Source: an uncultured Acidobacteriota bacterium (GTDB lineage: Bacteria; Acidobacteriota; Vicinamibacteria; Vicinamibacterales; UBA8438). Taken from it: 64,000 bases of DNA. A program made the translations under genes and the position numbers. This document shows, piece after piece, positions 57,916-64,000 of this stretch. Under the pieces are notes generated by a model. The model was not told where the DNA came from, did not search any database, and saw only the letters and a program-made list of their open reading frames with translations. The stretch is from assembly GCA_913043225.1 (NCBI GenBank), contig CAJWLU010000003.1:96001-160000 (forward strand), written 5' to 3'. Position 1 is the first letter of the stretch. Every line of letters begins with the position of its first letter.

Positions 57916-59086
57916 ATGCTATCACCAACCACACGCAGCGTGCTCGACTGGCTACGTCTTAGCCTTGGCGGCGCCGTTCTGGGGTTGGCGTTGCTGGCCA
58001 CCCTTCCCCCAGCCAACGCTCAGATCTGGCTGTTGTCGGTGCCGTTACTTGAGGGTGGCTACTGGTCGGTCATCCTGCTGCCGCTCTTGTGCTGGCCGCG
58101 CTGGCGCGCTCGTCGGCGGGTCTCTCGGGGTAATCGGGGTGCTGTTACTCGTCGCGCCGGTTGTCACCGCCCTTTCGGTAGGGCACCAATTTCCCGCGCA
58201 GTTCGCCCAGGCCTTTCCTGACCGCCCGGCTGCCCTCGACGGGCCGGCTCGCCAGGCGCCGCTCGTCCTAAGCGACCTCTTCCTGGGCGTGCGATCGGAA
58301 GATGTGGTGGTGAAAGAGCGCGTCTTCGACGTTGTCGACGGCGTCGAGCTGGTGCTGGACGTTTACCGGCCGTCGGCGCAACACCCGCCGCTTCCTGGTG
58401 TGGTGATGGTCCACGGCGGATCCTGGCAGGGTGGTAGTCGCAAGGATTTCCCGGCTCTGAACCGCTACCTCGCCGCGCGCGGCTATGTGGTTGCCGCGAT
58501 TTCGTATCGCTTCTCGCCGCGGTTCCTGTTCCCTGCCGCGCTGGACGATGTCTCGGCCGCTCTTGGGTATCTCGAGGCCCATGCACTGGAGCTTGGCCTC
58601 GACCGCGACCGACTCGCGTTGGTGGGGCGGTCGGCTGGTGGACAGCTGGCGCTCATTGCCGGTTATCGGCTCGATCATCCAGCCATCAAGGCGGTGGTGT
58701 CCCTTTATGGCCCGGTCGCTCTACGGTGGGGCTTCTTCAATCCCGCCAAGCGCTCGATCATCGACTCGAGCGCCGTCCTCGAAGCGTATCTCGGGGGATC
58801 GCCCACGACCCACGGCTCCCAGTACGATGCCGCCTCGCCGCTGGCGCACGTGGGACACCACACCCCGCCGACGCTACTTGTGAGCGGGGCCAGAGACGAA
58901 TTAGTCTCTCCGTTCCACGCCGAATTCCTGTCCGATCGGCTCATCCGTGCCGACGTGCCGCATGTGGTGGTGCGGCTGCCGTGGGGTGTACACGGGTGCG
59001 ATTTCTTCTTCCGCGGGCCTTGTGGGCAGTTGTCGACGTTTGCCGTGGAGCGGTTCCTGGCGGCAGCGCTGGGAACGCCCGGCTGA
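57916..59086 (+). pseudogene. Membrane-anchored alpha/beta hydrolase (HSL-like) with a frameshift near 58100-58120
   Basis: TM N-terminus is in ORF 57916-58221. The catalytic part (LDVY, HGGSW, GRSAGG, RDELV, HGCD) is in the adjacent frame ending at 59086. Confidence 0.7.
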
Positions 59087-59172
59087 CCCGCGTTCAAGGT
59101 TTGTCCTGGTAACCCTAGGGTAGAATCGATCCATCCTGTCCCGTTCCGCACTCCAGTCTACGGAGGTCGTTC

Positions 59173-60714
59173 ATGGCACGCCTGATTGTCGCTGTCGTCC
59201 TGTTGTTTTCGCTTGCCGGTTCAGCGCACGCCCAGTTTGACAGTGTCGGTTCGCTCGAGTTTCCGACGTCAGGTGCTCCAGAAGCGCAGCAGCACTTCCT
59301 CAGAGGTGTGGCTATTCTTCACAGCTTTGGATGGAAACAGGCAATCGAGGAATTCCAGGCGGCGCAGCGTCTGGATCCGGACTTCGCCCTCGCCTATTGG
59401 GGCGAGACGCTCTGCTACAACCATCCGCTCTTCGTGACGGCTCCCGACGACGAGAACCCTCGGGCCGTGCTCGATCGACTGGGGCCCACTCCGGAGGCGC
59501 GTCAGGCCAAGGCGCCAACCGATCGTGAGAAGGGTTTCCTGCGGGCTGTTGAGATCCTATGGGGTGAGGGCGACTACAACGATCGCCGCGTCGCCTACAT
59601 GGAGGCGATGATCCGGTTGCACGATCGGTTTCCTGACGACGATGAGGTCGCGGCCTTCACCGCCGTGGCGATGCTGAGCGCGGCACGGGCGCTGAATGAT
59701 CGGACCTTTCGCTATGAGATGCAGGCGGGTGCGATTGCATTGAAGGTGTTCGGTAAGAAGCCGGACCATCCCGGGGCGCCGCACTACGCGATTCACGCAT
59801 TCGATGACCCCACGCACGCACCCCTCGCGCTGCTGGCGGCCTTGCGTTACGCCGAGATCGCGCCGGCGGTGTCGCACGCTCGGCATATGCCGACCCACAT
59901 CTTCATCCAGCACGGTATGTGGCAGCTTGTGTCGGAGCACAACCAGAGTGCGTATGACGCGGCTCGGGCGCTGTGGCAGCCTGGCGATAGCGTGGGCGAT
60001 GGCGTGCATGCACTCGATTGGGGGCAGTACGGCGACCTTCAGCTCGGCGACTACGCGAAGGCGCGCACCTGGATGGAACGGCTGCAGATGGTGGCCGACC
60101 AGAGTGACGGCCAGGCACGGGCCGTTAACAGCATCGGGTTGCTCCGCGCCCGCTATGTCGTGGAGACCGAGGCATGGAACGTGGTGCCGGTTACCGAGGA
60201 ACTGTCGGCGCCGGAGTTGCTTGCCACCGGGTTGAGCGGCGTCAAGACGGGTGACCTCAATACCGCCGAGCAGGCCATTGCCCGGCTCGAGGATTTGGCC
60301 GAGGATGACCAGTCGGCTCGGATTATGCACCGGGAGGTGGCAGCGTTGCTCGCGCTCGCGCGGGGAGACGGCGACGGGGCGGTCGCGCTGATGGACGAGG
60401 CCCTTGAGGTGGTTGCCGATATGCGGCTGCCTAACGGCGCTGCTAATCCAGTCAAGCCACCCTACGAGCTGTATGGCGAGATCCTGCTCATGCTCGACCG
60501 TCCGAAGGAGGCGCGCGACAGGTTCGAGACGTCGCTGCTGCGTATGCCGGGCCGATCACGGTCTCTGCTTGGCGCGGCCCGCGCAGCGAGTGCCGCCGGT
60601 GATCAAACGGGCGCTACTGGGTACTACCGCACCCTGCTGTCGAACTGGACAGGTCGCGACCAGCTGCCGGAGTACGGAGAGGCAGCACGCTTCGTCGACC
60701 AGACCAACAACTAG
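59173..60714 (+). CDS. Secreted TPR-containing protein
   Basis: GGAGG RBS; signal peptide; FLRGVAILHSF, HPGAPHYAIHAFD, HARHMPTHIF; TPR-like helices. Confidence 0.85.
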   Translation: MARLIVAVVLLFSLAGSAHAQFDSVGSLEFPTSGAPEAQQHFLRGVAILHSFGWKQAIEEFQAAQRLDPDFALAYWGETLCYNHPLFVTAPDDENPRAVLDRLGPTPEARQAKAPTDREKGFLRAVEILWGEGDYNDRRVAYMEAMIRLHDRFPDDDEVAAFTAVAMLSAARALNDRTFRYEMQAGAIALKVFGKKPDHPGAPHYAIHAFDDPTHAPLALLAALRYAEIAPAVSHARHMPTHIFIQHGMWQLVSEHNQSAYDAARALWQPGDSVGDGVHALDWGQYGDLQLGDYAKARTWMERLQMVADQSDGQARAVNSIGLLRARYVVETEAWNVVPVTEELSAPELLATGLSGVKTGDLNTAEQAIARLEDLAEDDQSARIMHREVAALLALARGDGDGAVALMDEALEVVADMRLPNGAANPVKPPYELYGEILLMLDRPKEARDRFETSLLRMPGRSRSLLGAARAASAAGDQTGATGYYRTLLSNWTGRDQLPEYGEAARFVDQTNN

Positions 60715-61026
60715 CGGATAGGCAGGTGGACCCGCCCGGGTCCGCCCCAGCCGTTCACTGTTTCCCGAGCCAGCGTTGACATCCACGGCGGGCCGGTGCG
60801 CCTCGGCGTGCGGGCCCGCCGTGGGATGGGACCGTGTCTACGTCAATAGTCGTCTCATTGGCGTTCGCCATGATCTGGCAGTGCTGCTGTGCCTTGCTTC
60901 GCTAGGAATGGTCCGTCCGAGACCGAGCGCCCGTCCGTATCTCCTGGACGCCTCCCATCTGATCCCGTGCGCTACGCCGGTTGTTGGCCTCCGTGCGATA
61001 ATGCGCCGCTCTCGCGAGATCTCACG

Positions 61027-62370
61027 ATGATCGTCATGAAGTTCGGCGGCAGCTCGTTGGGGACGAGCGCAGCGCTGACTCGGGTGGCCGACATCGTGTC
61101 GGGACGGGTGTCCCGCCGGCCGGTGGTGGTGGTGTCCGCTATCGGTGGCACGACCGATCGGCTCGTCGCCGCCATCGAAACCGCCGCGGAGGGGCGTCTT
61201 GAGGCTGCCCTCGACCTGATTGGCGACCTCGTCACCGAACTCCGCCGGGTGGCGGCTCCGGCCGTCGAAGATGCTGACGCCCTCGACCGTTTGCTGGCCG
61301 AGCACGCCGAGGCGTTGACGGGACTGCTGGGCGAGGTTCCCGAGCCGACCCGCTTCGGGGAACGCACCGACGCCGTCCTGTCGCACGGTGAGCGCATCTC
61401 GAGCATGGTCGTGACCTGGGTGCTCCGCGTCCGGGGGGTCGATGCGGTGCACATCGACGCCCGCGACGTGGTGGTGACCGACGACCGGTTTACCGAGGCG
61501 GCGCCCCGGTTGTCGACGACCTACGCGCGGCTCAGCCGCCGGGTGCGTCCGGTTGGGGCCGAGGGGCGCGTGGTCGTGCTCGGCGGTTTCATTGGTCGCT
61601 CGACCGACGGTCGATCGACCACGCTGGGCCGCGGAGGATCCGACTACAGCGCGTCCATCGTTGGTGCCGGTATCGGCGCCGAAGAGATCCAGATCTGGAC
61701 CGACGTGGACGGCATCATGACCGCCGATCCCTCGGTCGTGTCCACTGCGAAGCCGATCGAGCATCTGTCATTCGCTGAGGCCTCGGAGCTGGCTTACTTC
61801 GGTGCGAGAGTGCTGCACCCGAGCACCATGTTGCCGGCCATCGAGCACGGGATCCCGGTGCGGGTCCTTAACTCGACTCGTCCCGATGTTAGCGGCACTC
61901 TGATCGAGGCGGACGGTCGCCCTTCACCCAGACCGATCAAGTCGATTGCTTATAAGGAGGGTATTACGGTCGTTGACATCCGTTCTACCCGGATGTTGAT
62001 GGCCCACGGGTTTTTGGCTGAGGCGTTCGCCATCTTCGATCGCCATCGCACCGCGGTGGATGTCGTCTCCACCTCCGAGGTGGGGGTGTCGCTGACCATC
62101 GATTGTGATGAGCGGCTCGATGAGATCACCGCGGAGCTCGCCTCCATCGCCGAGGTGTCACACACTGCCGGGCAAGCGCTCGTCTGTCTAGTCGGAGACG
62201 CCATAAGAGACACCCCGGGGGTAGCCGCGGTGATCTTTGGCGCCTTGCAGGCGGTGAATGTCAGGATGGTCTCGCAGGGTAGTTCGCGCATGAACCTCAG
62301 CCTCGTCATCGGTGAACACGATCTGACCGAGGCGATCGGCGCGCTGCACGCCGCGCTGTTCGCCGATTGA
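61027..62370 (+). CDS. lysC: Aspartate kinase
   Basis: MKFGGSS, VVVSA, GERIS, TLGRGGSD, WTDVDG, FGARVLHP, two ACT domains. Start at ATG 61027. Confidence 0.95.
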   Translation: MIVMKFGGSSLGTSAALTRVADIVSGRVSRRPVVVVSAIGGTTDRLVAAIETAAEGRLEAALDLIGDLVTELRRVAAPAVEDADALDRLLAEHAEALTGLLGEVPEPTRFGERTDAVLSHGERISSMVVTWVLRVRGVDAVHIDARDVVVTDDRFTEAAPRLSTTYARLSRRVRPVGAEGRVVVLGGFIGRSTDGRSTTLGRGGSDYSASIVGAGIGAEEIQIWTDVDGIMTADPSVVSTAKPIEHLSFAEASELAYFGARVLHPSTMLPAIEHGIPVRVLNSTRPDVSGTLIEADGRPSPRPIKSIAYKEGITVVDIRSTRMLMAHGFLAEAFAIFDRHRTAVDVVSTSEVGVSLTIDCDERLDEITAELASIAEVSHTAGQALVCLVGDAIRDTPGVAAVIFGALQAVNVRMVSQGSSRMNLSLVIGEHDLTEAIGALHAALFAD

Positions 62371-62392
62371 GTCGCGCCCGAGGGGATTGGAG

Positions 62393-62810
62393 TCACTCGT
62401 TGATCAGGTAGACGGCAGTAGCGCCAGCCTCGATCTCTGGACCGAGGCTGGCAAACCGCGCATCCGTCCGGTCGGTCCGTGCCGTGAAGAAGTACGGTGT
62501 CGCCGAGACGCTTTGTGTCCACGGTCCCGATCTCGCCGCTCACGTCATGACGGCCGTCACGGCACGTGACCAGAACCCGAACTTCAGATAGAGACCGAGG
62601 TGCTTTGGGCTGTGGGCGAACGTGAACAGCCCGACGTCGGAGGTCTCCCAGTGGTCCAAGGGCGTCATCATTGGCCCGAGCAGCGCGGACGCGACACCCT
62701 GGTTCCATTACTGCGGCATCACTGACAGTGGACCGAAGAAGCTGACCCTGCCCCACCGAGTGGCGACGTTGGAGTCGAAGAGGGTCCCGTCGTTCTCGGC
62801 GAGTGGGTGA
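62393..62810 (-). pseudogene. GNAT-family acetyltransferase pseudogene
   Basis: Minus strand reads AENDG..SNVATRWGRVSFFGPLSVMPQ*WNQGVASALL...GLFTFAHSPKHLGLYLKFGF...MT* (stops at 62708-62710 and 62540-62542), followed by frameshifted EIGTVDTKRLGDTVLL. Confidence 0.7.
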
Positions 62811-62930
62811 ATCGAGAGCCGAGATACCGGATGTGGCTGTGGGGGTTGCATCGCGAACCGCGGAGTAGGCCCGTCCGTCTTCTGGTGGCGCGGTCCCTGC
62901 CACGCTCACGTAGAATGATGCGAGTCGGCA

Positions 62931-63131
62931 ATGATCACACTGCCGAATCTCATTCTCGTAGACGAGCCCACTGGGAACCTCCGTTCGGCTTTGGGATAGG
63001 AAATAATGAACCTGTTTATCCAGCTCAACGATAAGGGCGCCACGATCGTCCAGGTGATCCCCCTTGATGCGAGGGTTGCTTACGGCCGGCGCGTGGTCGA
63101 GCTGCGCGACGGATGGGTCGCGAAGCAGTAG
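62931..63131 (+). pseudogene. 3' relic of a LolD/MacB-like ABC ATPase
   Basis: PNLILVDEPTGNL...G*EIMNLFIQLNDKGATIVQV..AYGRRVVELRDG; in-frame TAG at 62997-62999; Walker A absent and H-loop lost. Confidence 0.8.
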
Positions 63132-63152
63132 CGGAGTCCTTGGAGTCCAGCA

Positions 63153-64000
63153 GTGGGTGAGCCCTCGACCACCGGTTCCGGAGCGGGGTCCGACCTCACC
63201 AGAAATCCCCGGTACATCTTCATCCTCGCCGTCGCCGCCGGCCTGATTCTGGTCATCGGTTGGTTGCTGAAGCCTGAAGAGAGCAGCACTGACTCGCCGG
63301 TGTCTGCGCCCTCCCAGGTCGAGCTGAGCCGCCTGCCCACCATGACGGTTCGTCGGGATCTTGAAGACATGTCCGAGTTCTTCGCCGAGCTCGGCGAGGA
63401 GCTGTCGTCTACGGTGGTCCGCCTCGGTAGCGTGCGCCGGAGTGGTGTGATCTGGAGTGCGGACCGGGTCGTTACCGCGAGGGTTGGGTGGCGGTTCCCG
63501 GCGGCGGTCACGGTCGGCGCTGGGGGAGTGGAGGTCGGTGCCTACACCGTGGTCTCCGGACCCCACCTGCCGATCGCGGCATTACGGACCCCCGAACTGG
63601 CCGGGGATGTGCCGCCGCAGGCGCGCCCGCTCGAGACGCTGTCACCGGGGGAGTGGGTGCTGGCCGCCTGGCAGGGGGATTCCAGACACGGGTCTGCGCC
63701 CGGGACCTTTCTCGGCGTTGGTCGGCGAGAATGCGGCGAACATCGGCTCGACGAACTTGCGACGAGTGTCCCCATCCGGCCGGAGATGCTCGGGGGCGGG
63801 ATCTTCGACCTTGACGGGAATCTGCTGGCGGTCCTGCTCCGCTGCGACGGCGAACCGGTTGCCGTGACTGTGGGAGGCGTGGCGATGTTGCTCGAGCGGG
63901 GCGGCAGTCATGACAGCCGACTCCGTACCCGCTGGGGCCTTCAGGTCGAAGTCTTGACCTCGGCCGAGGCGTTTCACTTCGGACTCGGAAATGGACTCCT
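63153..64000 (+). CDS. Membrane-anchored degenerate trypsin-like/HtrA-type protein (3' truncated; absent from ORF track)
   Basis: GTG after GGAG; frame is open to the window end; one TM (YIFILAVAAGLILVIGWLL); SGVIW..VVTA, GEWVLA, MLGGGIFDLDGNLLAV, RWGLQV (PDZ-entry-like). Confidence 0.65.
   Translation, partial: MGEPSTTGSGAGSDLTRNPRYIFILAVAAGLILVIGWLLKPEESSTDSPVSAPSQVELSRLPTMTVRRDLEDMSEFFAELGEELSSTVVRLGSVRRSGVIWSADRVVTARVGWRFPAAVTVGAGGVEVGAYTVVSGPHLPIAALRTPELAGDVPPQARPLETLSPGEWVLAAWQGDSRHGSAPGTFLGVGRRECGEHRLDELATSVPIRPEMLGGGIFDLDGNLLAVLLRCDGEPVAVTVGGVAMLLERGGSHDSRLRTRWGLQVEVLTSAEAFHFGLGNGL

Noticed and set aside
60715..61026. Lysine riboswitch upstream of lysC
   Set aside because: No recognisable L-box conserved elements or terminator U-tract.
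62997..62999. In-frame TAG as pyrrolysine or read-through
   Set aside because: The fragment lacks Walker A, signature and H-loop; simple decay explains it.
61950..63566. 538-aa minus-strand ORF
   Set aside because: Composite of antisense lysC, antisense of the 63153 gene and the ABC relic, plus a short piece of the GNAT relic.
1..64000. CRISPR array, tRNA/rRNA, integrase/transposase, prophage
   Set aside because: No regularly spaced repeats, cloverleaf/rRNA signatures or mobile-element ORFs recognised by eye.

Overview
GC-rich bacterial genomic DNA with about 55 genes. The family content (repeated DUF1592/DUF1552/ankyrin cassettes, heme-c/copper-monooxygenase-like proteins, an ADOP-type permease remnant, many Tat/Sec-exported enzymes) suggests Acidobacteriota of the Vicinamibacteria type; this is an inference. 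Recognisable housekeeping loci are acs, nadQ-nadA-nadB-nadC with a sigma70 promoter and NadQ-type boxes, a UbiD-family decarboxylase, a PaoABC-like periplasmic molybdo-flavoprotein, an ArnT-like glycosyltransferase and lysC. Several signals are missed by the ORF track: (1) an AhpC/TSA-like redoxin at 41826-42362 with an in-frame TGA in a UxxC motif followed by a SECIS-like hairpin, a probable selenoprotein; (2) at least seven short or internally deleted gene relics (Ser/Thr kinase-TPR, glgX, 2OG-Fe(II) oxygenase, ADOP permease, GNAT, ABC ATPase, monooxygenase C-terminus); (3) a catalytically degenerate HtrA-like ORF running off the right edge. Candidate uncharacterised systems are three DUF1592-DUF1552-partner cassettes, heme-c-fused PHM/DBH-like copper monooxygenases, and a porin + CuA cupredoxin + di-heme protein operon behind an AT-rich operator region. 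No rRNA, tRNA, CRISPR array or transposase was seen. All family assignments come from motif recognition by eye, not from database searches.
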